Of a DNA stretch of 64,000 nucleotides, positions 1-14,143 are shown in pieces. Positions within the stretch are counted from its first letter, which is position 1. The number at the start of each line of letters is the position of its first letter. Source of the DNA: Raillietiella orientalis (lineage: Eukaryota). Under the pieces are notes generated by a model. The model was not told the DNA's origin. It searched no databases and saw only the letters and a program-made list of their open reading frames with translations. The stretch is from positions 1,612,001 to 1,676,000 of the forward strand of contig JAYWIR010000034.1 in the NCBI GenBank assembly GCA_036172245.1, given 5' to 3'. Made by a program: the position numbers and the translations under genes.

Positions 1-1350
1 CAAACATTTAGATTCAGTTAATTATCTATTTATTCATTTATGCAACATGCATGCAACTCTACATCATTTAGTTAGTCACCATAGGACTTCTCCAAGAATA
101 TTTTTACACACCCACATATGGTCCTCCTAAATAATGTAGCCATACGAGTATTTAAAAAGTACTTTATTCAATCACAACTAATAATTCTTTTCAATGATAC
201 ACTTTTTGAGTATTCCTAATTCTTCTAAGTAAGCTCCTTATTCTTGTAAGTAAATCATGAGTCATCCTACTTTTCTGGGTGCTTTATATTAGTTATCCAT
301 TTTTAGTTTTTTAAACTGTTTGATCCCGAGACACACCATTGCTTTTGGTTGTAGAAAATCTATCACCGTCCATAGTAGGGATAAAGTAGAAATAACTCCA
401 GAAGATACACTTTTGTAAAGAAGAAACAAAGTTGCAAGCACAACAGGAAGCCATCAAAGAATAAGTCCATTGCATGCAAGAACTGATGCAACTGATGGGT
501 ACATCACAAAAATATGCATGAAATTGCTGATGATTCCAAACAGCTAAATAGTCTAAAGCATTTTCTGAAATGCTTCAGCAGCTGGGTTATGACAAAATCA
601 TAGCCAAATAGATCTCATAATATGATACCATACAGACACAGGAGTGAATATACTGAAACACAATAGTGGATGTTTATATTTGCTTGAGGAAAACTCAATT
701 CAAAAATGACACAGTGGCAGCTTGCCTTTGACAGCAGATGGCCATGGAGTTTTTTAAGTGTGCTAGGCAATGTGTGAATGGACCAAATAGCTGTTTGAAT
801 AATAAAATGCTATGAATATATGTGTACAAATGTAATCTCACTCCAACCAATAATGGAGTTTAATAAAGTATCTCTAAACTTCAAAACATTCCTCATAACA
901 AGTCTTCAGAATCTATACCTAGTCATACTCCATGTTCGGATAGATTGTATCGGAGATCACAATTAGAACACAATTACAATTCATACCACGATCCACCATA
1001 CTGATTCAAAAATAACTGTATTTTCAGAATTCATCCGATTAATACCTATGAGAATTGGAAAACCGATTCCTTATTCTTGTAAAAAATAATACGATAAATC
1101 AGATATTTCTCTGAACACATATCAACCTTTATTACAATAAAATGAGTTTGCTTAAGATTCTGAAAATGAAAAATTCCCTGTCCAAGCATATACTTGTGCC
1201 TAGAAAAATTGAAGAAAAAAAAAAAGGAATTTCAATACTGACGTTCTGGTAAGAAACGCCAAATCGAAAAGCTGGTTCTGACTGTGTACTGTCACGCTGA
1301 ACGATTCCTAGTACAACTCGAGTGCTGAAAGATAGTGTGACCAGTCGTAC

Positions 1351-1521
1351 CTTAAAATCCAAATAGTTGATTTGAACGGCTTTGGCTTTGGGCATCCGCG
1401 ACACCCCGCCATTTCCAGGTACGACGAACACCGCGGTGACCAGCGCGGAGGCGCTGAGCCTCCAGGCGAGAGCATGCTCGCGCGCACCTGACCCGACCAC
1501 CAACACCCGACCCGCTTCCAT
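1351..1521 (-). CDS. GART: Trifunctional purine biosynthesis protein (GARS/AIRS/GART), first coding exon; the rest lies beyond the left edge of the window
   Basis: Translation MEAGRVLVVGSGAREHALAWRL...FVVPGNGG matches the GARS (PurD) N-terminal signature (VLV.GSG.REHAL..., PGN.G). It ends at a phase-0 donor AAG|GTACGA at 1351/1350 (57 codons). No further exon was recognised in 1-1350. Confidence 0.88.
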
Positions 1522-2488
1522 GAGTCTTCACGCCACGCCAGGCTCGACCTCACTGGCTGTCGGCGCGTTTCCCCAGCGGCTAATGTTTGCTCCCCCGCGC
1601 CCCGGCCGCGGGAGCCAAGATAAACGCTCTGTGCAAACCGAAAACAGGTGAAGGAATGCAGGTCCCAGCGGAATCTTATCCAAATGTCGCCTTGCTGTTT
1701 AGAACCTCTCCCTGTGGATTACTGACTCCAAGGATGACTTTGGAATTGCACCGCTTGCGTCTTTTTGTATTATGTGGTCCGCTGTGACGAGAGGAAAACA
1801 ACACGCTCATTGCACGTCATTTCTACCGTCACTTTCTGTATTCTCCTATTGCCTTGAAACCATCCGTGTATATTCCAGTTTCCTAGGAACACTGCAGGTC
1901 TCCAAGACCGGTTCGATTTATCTACTCTACAGCAGCAGTTTAAAAATTAACATTTTCCGATTGCAATGAACAACTTCAGTTATGTAGTTTACAGAGCAGA
2001 GAGTCAACGAAAATAATCAAATTACGTTGCAATCTTTGGGATGTCAATGAATCTCAAATGCATGACAAAACTGAAAATGTTGCAACTGAAACAGTATTAC
2101 GATAAATTCGAAAAACAGGAAAGAAAAAAAACAAATCCCAGAAGTTCAACTGGTCTGCTGTATTCAGAATCCAAAACGATCATCTACTGTCAGCATCCAT
2201 CATCTGCTCTTCTTACGGGTTACCAAGCACGAGTTATAATTTGTAGACTAAAATTCAAGCGACAGATGAAATTACAATGAAGTGAATATCTCCGCCGTCT
2301 AAATCCACGACTGAAAGCTTACGAAATGGTCAATTTACCGGAAGATTTTCGAGATATTACTAGAACACTTTTTGGTTGACACCTTCCATCATTATAAGCT
2401 GTTTCCGTGCTTTCAATCTCTCTCTTCGCGATTGCTTTTCGGAGTCTGCTGCTGCATCAGTTACGTCAAACAGTTTGGAAGTGTCGAT

Positions 2489-2491
<3 letters not shown>

Positions 2492-2561
<70 letters not shown>

Positions 2562-2567
2562 GTGTGT
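2492..2567. repeat. Compound microsatellite (AT)n-(ATGT)n-(GT)n
   Basis: Directly visible. It is the source of the YIYIYI pseudo-ORFs. A similar (AT)n(ATGT)n tract lies near 35573-35616. Confidence 0.95.
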
Positions 2568-5500
2568 GAGGGGGGGAGTTCATCATTTCCAGATAGTAAA
2601 CTAGGGGCATTCTAATCCAGCAGGCTTCCCTTACTGGTGAGCTCCGATCCACAGGAAAATTGTAAGTGCTTCAGCCTTCGTTTTGAGAACTCATCTTCCA
2701 CATTGACACACTGAGAAATACTTTTTTCTTCTTTTCCTCTTAAAAGAAAAAAAAGACGAAAAACCTCGAACTTGGGACGTGGAAGATGGAAAAGTATTCA
2801 TCAGTTTACTGGGATATGTAGATATTCAAAACAAAAACTTTATTCGCGAGCTACAAAATTGATCGCAAATATTGAAACCGCTTACTGCAGACAGCGTTTT
2901 ATAAATGATAGACGACACACTTATTCTTCATATATAAAGTGAAGATGAGAATTTATCCCTTCTCCTTTTAAGAAGTGTTACATCAAGATAGCCATTTCAT
3001 AAACTTTCCTAAATCTCAGTATGTGAAATTAGGTATGCAATTATTTTATATTCCGTATGCATAGTGACTGACAATTTATTTTCAATCTACACTGAACGCA
3101 GGCAAATAAAGGTCCCGTAATCTGGAGGGAAAAAATACTTCTAGAGATGTTGAGAATTGCCACACTGAATTGAATATGCATGAGAGTACGAAACCGTGCC
3201 CCTTCTTGGAAATGTTATATGTCTGCAGGCAGTCGAGGACAGTCCGTTGTCTGCAAATCCTCTAGAAGTTTCCTGTCATCAAAGGAATCCGCCTGCGAAT
3301 CTGCGAAAGATTCTCGAGTGTTTCACTCGAAGGGACGAAACATCGTGGCCGCCACCTCCGACCTTATTCCGACCGGAGATCAGCTGCACAGAGATATACA
3401 TCAGTGCATTGCTGCTACATGCATACGTGACCCCGGCTTCTGAACGGCCTGGAACTGCCAATAACGGGTATGTGAATTCAATTGGTCCGTCCTTACAGCT
3501 CCAGACGATAAGAACTATTCATAAATCAAAGAAAATGTGAAGAACGAGTGTTGACAGCGTTTTCTGGAATCTTTTAGAAAATTCTAACATTATAATGGAA
3601 GACAAGTGAAATTTCGTTCAAACAGAAGTGAGGCTTCATATTCACGCCGGTGTTGAGTTCCTGTTGTCTTCAGCTTTACAGAAAACCGTTGTACTTACCC
3701 AGGACACTATAATCTTTCTGCATGATCTCGATCAACAGAAAAACGAACTTCCTTTATGAGAGTTTTCACAGGTTTCTTCCTCACTGCGCAGTGTTAGAGT
3801 ACTTCCAACTTCCAAATTATGCATAATGCTAAATGATTATTTCTTAACTCCAGAAATAATGTCTGCACAATGAACAAGATTACCGGAGATATACACATGA
3901 AAGCTTACAAGGTGATAGATTGGAGTCACTTCCCGGAAGTGACCATTTGCGTGAAGGGCGAGCCAAGAACATTGGGAAACTGGACTACGGAAAAAATCTG
4001 GTGACTTCCTGAGAAACGGGAGATTTTCCAATCACAGGGGTAAAATCTCACCATCTGTCATAGGATGTATTGATGAAAAAGAATAACACAAGAGAATGAT
4101 CTTTGCGGAAGGATAGATGAATGCCCTGGAGGAGTTTGCTTGCCCAGTAGCAAAATGAGGTATGGTTGAGATTGCAACTTCTGAGAATGCTCTGCTGAAC
4201 CGAATCTCACATGTCTGAGGTGGACACGAGTGCATACCAGGTGCTCTTTTATCGTGAAGAGCGTGTGTAGTTGAACAGAGCAAAGCAATCCTGCGTGTAC
4301 AACAAGCAGTTCTTCCTTGCAGAGTATCGCTGATTAATCGAATGATGTTAGTCTACAACGAGCAAGGATAAAACTTGTCGAAGGAGAACGTCTAAAAGAA
4401 TGCCTAAATGAAGAGAACATCAAGTGATTGTAGTCCTTCGGAAATTTTTCCATCTGATTGGAGGACCTTGATTGATTGTATAGTGCCTTTCTGAGTCCTC
4501 GACAGGTCATAGATCTTGTTTCAGGGGAATGATGGTGACGTTTATTGCAGTAGAGATGAAGTGCTCCTAATGCACAAGGTGATGAAGGAGGTAGATATGT
4601 ATCACATCTGTAACTGTGAATCAACAAAGAGGATGTTGTATGACATGAAGTGGAAGTGATTGAAGGAGTCCTTTCTTCAGCTCAATGGCTGTGAATGTCA
4701 TAAGCTAATATGACATGTCAGCTTCATATACAGCGAGAAGAACACAAAACATGATGAATACGTCAGAACACTACTGTGAAAATTATGGATGCAACAGCTT
4801 TTTAATTTCCAAGCACGTGGTAATCTCAACCTCAGAGAATAAAAACGTTCTTTCATTATGTTCCTTGGTTTACAAGCCAGTGAACGTTTCTTAGCCTGTG
4901 TTATAAATTGTGCAAAATATGCAGCTGGCGTCAGATAGCTCTCTCTATCAAACTCGATCTAATGGGTGCAACTTGATGTTACGTACTACGTGTTACAAAG
5001 CTCGTCAAGTGTGCAAAATCTGAAGAACCCGGACTGGTATGGGAGGACTGCCATGATCCGTGTTAAATGCCGTCCTACAACTTTTTTCTACTTAGATAGA
5101 GCATTGCACATCTCTTGAAATGTTTTAATAACGATCAGTAGATATCTTGTAAAAACAGGCACTCATATTGGCTTTGGCTGAATGACTTTCAACAACGACT
5201 TTTAGGTATCAACTCTGTCGTTGAGAAGGCAAGTTAAGGATAAACATTGCAGGGTCAGTGCAGGCAGAGTGAAATTTCCTCAATATCAAAATAGGCGCGA
5301 AATGCATACCAATGCAACTTTTGTGTGCTCTTGTCTCGTTTGGGAACTTTTGCATGTTCCTTTTCGAAGTATAGAAGTAGTTTCCCCCCAAACTTGTCTC
5401 CTAGAGTCCTTTCGGGAGATCCATCATCCAGAGTCCTTTGTTTTTGGTCTCCGAACTGTACAGACAACGTCCTGCACATCTCATCCGTGCTGTTGTTAGT

Positions 5501-7510
5501 TAAATGCTCTGGTATCCGAAGTCTATTGCCAACAGTAAGTACAAAGTACAAGGTTGGGCTTATCTGACAACTCAAATACGTGTTTCTTACCACACGTATG
5601 ATCGCTGTGCTGCTGAGTGGGACCTGAGAGTGCTGCAAACCGTGTACCGTCCAATCCACTGAGACTAGGAACCGATGCCTGGTTTCCGGAAAAAAGAAAA
5701 AAAAGTCGAACAACGACTCTGCAATTCGAAATGCAGAATCTGAACTCAATTTGGCTCCTCGGGGGAAATCTTATTTGTCGAATGCACTCTTCAAAAATTA
5801 TTTGCAGCACATGCGATGACACATCTGAAATCACAAAGCAAAGAATTTTGCCATTTCTCATTGTTTTTAACTCATTGAACCCTCGAGCTTTTAGAAAGTT
5901 TTCCCATTTGATGTGAACGTAAATAGCAGCATGTTCAAAACTCTGCAAAAACCTTGCAGAAATCATTCCATTGAAGGGAACGAATCCAGCGTCTAGGAAG
6001 GATAAGTAAGAAGCCTGAAGTAATTTAGGGCAATTTTTTTTTTTTTCTTCTTTGAGTTTGAAATGATTGAGGATGGACATCATTGCACTCATGGGTTATT
6101 GCCCTTTCTGATTAAAAAATGCAAAAACACATACAGCCGAATTCAATCCATTAGTAGATAGGTCTCTATGTTTTAAGATGAAAAAGCTTGTGTGTTTCAA
6201 AAACAAAAAAGTGTTCCAAAGGACAAATGAACGGACCGAAGAAATGTAATGATTTTTCTCTTTGAAACCAGTGAAACATCGTTCTACAAGTTTACTTTTC
6301 TTCTGAGGTTTTTTAAATTAAAAATGGGAATGCTTTATGAAAGCTTCTTGTTTAAAACCGGCCCCTGCCGTTGCTTTGTGTTTTAAGTAACGAATGATTT
6401 ATCTTTCGTTCGTTCCTATTGCATGATGTCCTGCTGAAGAATGCAAATCCCAGTTGCAAACCACTGCTGTTTGCATTCTTCGTACGCTTCGATTTACTCG
6501 TACAGTACAGAACTTTTCCAAGAACCCCCGTCTGAAATTCTATTATTATCACGAATCCTAGTAAATGAATCGAGTAAACGCATGACGTAACTACTATCAA
6601 AAGTGTTTCCCACTTCATTAACAGTTCAGCATAGGAAGTACATGTATTCGGTCTAACAGCAAATCATTATTTTGTTCAACGTTTTTGTTTTTTTTTTTTT
6701 TGGCTTGCTCTCAATGCTTGATGATTACATAACACTCGTTTATAGTAAGTTGGATCGGTTGTCGAAAGTGTGGAAAACTTGATATTGGGAAGATGTGCAT
6801 GTATGGCTTTTCGTGTAGAGGTGCAATTCCTTTTTTTCCTTCCTTTTTTTTTTTCCCTTCCTGTTTTACTGTTATGCCAGATTGGCTCGAAAAGTTGCAA
6901 TTGATGAAAGTCATCATCATCCTTAGGCAGGAAACTTCGTGCTGCTTGTGAGGACGGGCAAACTTTATTACGATTCACGCAAATGTTTAGCCTGTCAGCT
7001 TTCGCGTGCTGAATGTCGCGTCTAGTTTAAGGATCATTGGAACAAGTGTTGGGTAGACTGTTAAAGTGTTTACAATAAATAGTTTGCAATCTCATACGGG
7101 ATTCAAGAAAGTTTAACAAAACGCAGTTTGTTTATTATGCTAATAAAAGCTTCACATAGTCAATAATTTCATTTATTTGTTTGTAGTTGTAATTCTTTTT
7201 TTCTCAATTCCAATGGTGAATACATAGACCCCTGCCCACCAGTATGAACATTGCTCACAAATGAAGAAAAGTAAACGAACTGGTCGTGTAAGCCGGTTGT
7301 AATACCTAGAAATCACATATGAAAGGTAATTACAATGAAAATAAATATTTGGTAACAGAATCTGATGTATGCGTATGGAGTTGATAAATGAACAATTTTA
7401 TGATTCTAATCTAATCACGTATGTATATATATATATATATATATATATGAAACTTATGTTGGAAGCAAAAAAAAAAAAGAATATTTCGGTTTTCAGATCA
7501 TAGTGAAGAT

Positions 7511-8877
7511 ATGGATGAGGATTTAGATTCCAGTTTTCTTCAAAAGTTTAACTGCCTTGGAACAACTGATAAAGAAGTACTGGTTTCAGAGTTGCAGAAA
7601 CTCCTCAATAACCAACTCAGTTATACAGCAGCAACCTTTTTTCTAGACATGAATAATTGGTATTATTTTTTTGTCTTGTGTTTAGATATTAAGTGGTTGT
7701 TGCACAGTTTGATTCCAAGAGTTTAGGAAAATGGTTGACTTGATTTGTGTCATGTGAATGATTTTGAAAGTATTTTTCTGTTCAGTATGGTACTGAACAG
7801 ACCTAAATCTAAAGTAGCATTGCATGGTGCAAAAGCATTTCTGTTAAGGAAAAAAGAATGTTGTAGATAGAATTTTGATTCAAAATTATCAAATAGCCAA
7901 ATGAATAGTGAGATTGCACTTGATGTCTGATTAATGAATCATGTAAGGAAGAGCTTTCTTTTCAAAATCCATTAAAATATCTTAAAAGTGTAATGAAAAA
8001 GAGAAGCTAATGCAAATTTATGAAACAGAATGAATGCTGAGTATTACTGTTTTTTTTTTATTATTATTAATGATTGATTTAATGGATAACTAATGATTTA
8101 AAAAAAAAATTATTGAAGTTCCAAAGATCCGAGAGGAATGAAAATGAATTTAGTAAGTAACATGCCTTAGGTAGTTTTTGCATAACGGAAAATCCGATTA
8201 ATAATTCGACTGTGTTGCTTTGTGTGTAACATTGGTGCTGTAAAGTGCTCAATGGTGAGGTATATGACTAACATGTGATTTTATAAAGGAATTTACAAGC
8301 TGCAGCATGTTCTTACTTTGACTATGAATGCCCCAAGTTGCCATCAGTTGCACTTATCAAAGACGTTACAATAGGTGAGGGGGAAGAGATTCCTCCTTGT
8401 ACTAGGTATGTATCACAAGGTCCTTGATTGCCTTAACATGTTGATAGGTTTATAAAAACATGGCAGATAAGAAATGATGGTGAGGAGCAATGGCCCCCAG
8501 GTTGTTGCTTGAAATTTATTGGTGGCTGTCAGATGACTTTACAAGATAGAGTGATGGTAGATGCACTATACCCAGGATGTGTAGCCAACATTAGTATTGA
8601 GATGACATCTCCACCTGTAGAGGGTGTATACCATGGAAAATGGAAAATGTCCACACCTACAGGCACTTTATTTGGAGGTCAGTTTACATCTGTGCACAGT
8701 GTGTTTATCTCTTCAAAATTGACAGCAGACATTATTTGGGTGATCATAATGGTGAGCAATAATGGTACAACAGCATTGGCACAACAGCTATCTGAGTTCA
8801 AAGACCTTGGATCATCTATCACTTCCCCACAGACAGAACTTAATCCTTTTTCAGTACCCAATAACAATCTGTTATGA
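7511..8877 (+). CDS. ILRUN: ILRUN / C6orf106 homolog (UBA-like + NBR1-FW domain), 4 exons, about 214 aa
   Basis: Exons 7511-7659, 8289-8405, 8448-8677, 8729-8877 (645 nt, all GT-AG, frame-consistent). Spliced protein contains LLQKF-like FLQKFNCLGTTDKEVL, FFLDMNNWNLQAA, DVTIGEGEEIPP, FIKTWQIRNDGEEQWPPG, YHGKWKM and GDIIWVI, all characteristic of C6orf106/ILRUN. Confidence 0.93.
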
Positions 8878-9053
8878 TGCAGTATGTGAATTGAAATACC
8901 CTCAAGCTAAGTCAGCTAGGCTATGCTCTGTTTGCAGCATCTACAAGTTGAGACAACTATGCAGGTTGCTGCACCAAACCAAATTCTATATGCTTGACAT
9001 ATTAAATGTGTGAAATGGAATTTGTATTCAAACCATGTCTTGATGTGCTCAAT

Positions 9054-10059
<1,006 letters not shown>

Positions 10060-10644
10060 GTTTTGGTACGTGTAAAAACTTTCCTAAATTATTTGCTGTT
10101 GTTTTATTTATGATGCCTAAATTGTGAGGCAGATGACATCGATAATTCACTTGCTGATTGCATCCTACTTTAAGTTTTGTGCATTAATATTTTCGTGATA
10201 CAATCCGCAATGTGATGTGTTTTCTACCAGATTAGGAAGTAAAAAACGCACTTTGCAACTCACTACCCCGAAAATTTTCAATTATCAGCTCACTACATAA
10301 TTTTAAGGTCACACTGCCTAATTTATTGCCTACCGCTCACACGTTCTTTTTGTATTGACGTACAGTCAATACAAAAAGAACTCAGAATGATTGAAAAATA
10401 GGGTACCGCATTAATTGAGAACTCTGAAGGCATGCAAACTTTCAACGGACATGTAACAAGCGAGAGAATTTTCAAGCTGATTTGTTTAGCATACACATTT
10501 CTTCCGACATGCACTGTTTGAACGCTTTCCAAGTCACTTTCAAACCATCCGCTCAGCGCAGGTCATGGCGGCCCCACACTCTGCTCCTTTTTCCTAAAGC
10601 AGCGCTTTCCATCCAACGAAGAAATCGAAAAGGCAGAAATCCAA

Positions 10645-10789
10645 GCGCGGGTTTGAAATCGAAAGCATCCCCTTGGGTAAGAAATGCAAACCTGTTAAGG
10701 CACTACTGCGGTGCATCATTTAATTAAAACAGCTGCATCTTGGAAAGAATTGTTAGAGGTGCAGCAACCGCTCTTCAGCTGTTCCCGCC
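10645..10789. promoter_or_regulatory. Candidate cell-cycle promoter elements upstream of TYMS (CDE/CHR-like GCGCGGGTTTGAA; E2F-like TTCCCGCC)
   Basis: GCGCGG at 10645-10650 next to TTTGAA at 10652-10657, and TTCCCGCC at 10782-10789, in a locally CpG-rich patch about 0.6-0.7 kb upstream of the TYMS ATG. These are short motifs, so a chance match is possible. Confidence 0.25.
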
Positions 10790-13700
10790 GGCCCTCCGTT
10801 TCTACGACGGTTGCATCTGTATCTACTAATTAAAAGAATCACCTGCTTTCCCGTGTCACTCTTTGTGGTTATGTTTACGTGTCTTTAAGAGGAAACGTTT
10901 CTTAAAAACAAAAAATGATGTTTTGCAAGTTAGGATTCCTTCTTCCTGGTACGCATTTTTTTGTGATGACCTCCATTTTGTATACCTCTGCACCATTAGG
11001 GATCGATGCTTTTCAATATAAAGTTCCTTCCTTTTGACCTGTTTGCCCATCAGAGACAAGGTGAATCCCAAGTAGTATAATGCTTATGACTTTTAATGTG
11101 CAGATTTCATGCTTTTGATGTATTCATTACAGCACCGCACACAATATACCGGATTAATTAATTGATCTGTAGAGAAATGCAAGAAATTAAAGACCCTACT
11201 GGGTTCAGCCCCTAAAAAGATTAACTCTATATGAGGAGGCAAACATTGCAAAGTGAGACAGTTCTTTCGTGAAGTTAAAATTACAAATTATTGTCGGCAT
11301 GGAATACAAGTCATAGTAAAGAGAAAAAGCAAGAAAACAGAGATAGCAAAAATGCTATCTTTATTTTGCACCTCAACTTTCTTAACATCCTCTGAATTCA
11401 CGACGATTACAGTTTTTACTCTGTAATCATTACTATTTTTGTTCAGTAAACGGATATTTCGAGTCATGCATTTCCTCTGCATGTTTTATAATTTCATTAC
11501 TGAATCACTGGTTTTCCAAAGATAAATATATGGCCTGTGTTATGTTTTAAACGATAATGGTACTTATGTTAAATGCTTTTAAATTCACTTCAATTTTTTT
11601 CGTGTATTTTCTTTGTATATTTTTCGCAGAAGGAAGAGGACATATACTTTCTGCAACCAGCTTGAGAAATTTCTGAATTCTTACACCAAAAGAAAGCATC
11701 CAGAAAGTATCGGTGCCAACTATATTTAGAAAACTGAAACAATGTGGCTTCTTTTTTTTCTTCAAGGAGTACACAAGCATATCAAAAAAAATTCCTTGTG
11801 GACTTGGCAATGTTGCAAATCTTGGGATTTTGATCTGATTCGAAAGATTCCATTCATTATAGATTCATTCGACAGTGAGAAAAGCACAGTCTGTTTAAGA
11901 AGCACGGCCTTCTTAAACTCAGATAGGTCGTGCATTTCATTTCAATGGATAAAGAGGATTTCAAGGTATTTGAGGGAAGGCGAGGGGAGGGGGGGGGGGA
12001 GGATTTGTTCAGAAAAAAGGCCATCCTTAATGCCACTTTGTGCATCTCGATGTGAAGAAGCGTTTAGTTTTCTTGTTAGGCAACAACCATCACCGGTCAG
12101 CAGCAGCAGCACATTGGGAAGCAAACAAAGAGCTATAAATTTCATGTGCGAATTTGAAATTGGCGAAAATATCCGGAAATCGGTTCCTTCCGCATACCAA
12201 CGGAGATGATGCGGAAATAAATACCCGCGAATAAAACAAAATCTCCACTAAGATGGGGGAGTGCTTAGCATGTAGTTCCGGATAGCCCAAAGACAGTGTA
12301 TTGAGTGAACAGTGTCAGGAAGATGAAAACTTAGGACATTTCTGTGGCTTGCAATGTCATACTAATTAGACTATTTTCTTTTTATTGTTCCTTCCCTAGC
12401 CAGGTATTCCTGAGTTTATTCGGACGAGCATTCATGTGAATCAGTGAAACACTTGCTCTCAGTTTCATTATCGATGCAAAATAATTGGTTTTGCATTTAT
12501 AATAACTTGGTTATGTCTTTTGCTGCTTTCGCATCCTACTTTCAAGGTAGTATTCGCAAAACTAATTCATCACAAAAGCTTTTCACCATTGCTACGAACG
12601 ATGGTTAAACAAAGTTCCACTTATGTAATTTTTTTTTTGTCTTAGCCACTTACATTTCTCTCGATTTTTTTTTATTAAAACAATGTCATATTCATTTAAT
12701 CCGACTCAATTTGGGTTCTTTAGAAAAGCGGTCATGTTGACAGAGACACTCCTATCCGCACCTCTGTGGACCTCTGTAGAACTTCGATGTAGTGGAACAC
12801 AGACTTTTAGTATCGTTGGTTAGGTCTTCAGAGAATTTGGATCCCATTATTCAGGTGGTATATACCACATGGTGTCAAGTGGAAGTAGGCACTATGTACT
12901 TATTTTTCTAGTGTCCTCAAATTTTCTTTCTATAGCATACCTTTTTTTTTTTTTTTTTCCGGCTTCAGATTCTGAAGAGGAATTCGCTCAGAGCTCTGAT
13001 GGCACACTGATCTATCGATCTGACCAACACATGGTGCTTCATTGCTTTGGAAAGTCCCAAAAGAATCCATTTATTGTCCCTGACTTTAAACAATCTACGA
13101 AATCATTTGGTCTCCTTATGCTGAATGTTTTTTGCATATGTGTGTGTGTGTGTGTGTCTGTGTCTTAATCAACAGAGAGGTATTTCCCGGTTAGTACTGA
13201 TTTCCCAGTTGCGTTCTTTGCACTCATTTATTCGATGATTATAAATGACTGGCTGCAAATGTTCCTGCGTTCAATGTGCCACGATCATACAGTTATATTG
13301 AAGATTCAATTTTAAGGTGAAAAGTGAAAATTCTGTTTCTGATTCCAGATCTCCGAGGTATCGAAAAAAACTCCTTAAAAGACTTGAAAACTTTCGTCTT
13401 TTGCCTAACTTTTGCTGACGTAAACTTTTCGCATCGGAGAACCATCCTCGAATCGTCAAAGCGTCAGCAAAGTCATGTGAAAGAGTACAGACGGAAGTGA
13501 TAAGACTTCGGAAGACTGCCGAATAGATCGTCTTCATAGGAAGGCAAAGCATCAAAAGAAACCCAACTTCATAACGACTATTTGATAAGGGATAGAGGCA
13601 AGAACACCAAGAAAACGTGCTTCTAAATCTACAACTTTAGTAAAATAATGGTTGAGTAGGTTTGGCATGCAAGTAAACTTTCAGGCAACTCGAGAATTGA

Positions 13701-14107
13701 ACAAAGATCACAAGGAAATAAAGGATGTATATTCTCGAAGTAGAACCTCGAATTTTTTTGATTCCCAGAAGAGAGCATTCCTTTGAAACTAGATCTGCAG
13801 GATTGGTCTTCAAATATACAAAACACTTGAGGTACTTTCATCTTATTTTTTATTTTCAGAATGACAGCAGTTATAGAAAGGAATGAAATAGAAAAAGAAC
13901 AAAAAATCGTCTTTGGAAAATCGTCTTTGTCGGTCCTAAAAAAATAAATGCTGTATTTGGAATGGTGTGGATCGGTAGATTTGCTATGATTAGAATAAAT
14001 GTATGAAATCTTAAGCTCTTATAACTTAGTTTTCTTTGCTCCCTGTCTTTTGCAATGAGATGAAATAGAAACAGAATTTTAAAATGCTCCTAAAGATAAA
14101 AAAATGA

Positions 14108-14143
14108 CACCATTCTCACTAGAATCGACAAGTGAGAATGGTG
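14108..14143. repeat. Perfect 13-bp inverted repeat with a 10-nt loop
   Basis: CACCATTCTCACT-agaatcgaca-AGTGAGAATGGTG. Confidence 0.85.

Noticed and set aside
1..1350. Possible nested gene in GART intron 1 (as with Drosophila Pcp)
   Set aside because: No convincing opposite-strand exon or cuticle-protein motif in the visible part of the intron.
2372..2652. ORFs containing YIYIYI/CMYV runs
   Set aside because: These are translations of the compound microsatellite.
3180..6092. Medium-length ORFs between GART and ILRUN
   Set aside because: No recognisable domains and no consistent splice chain could be built.
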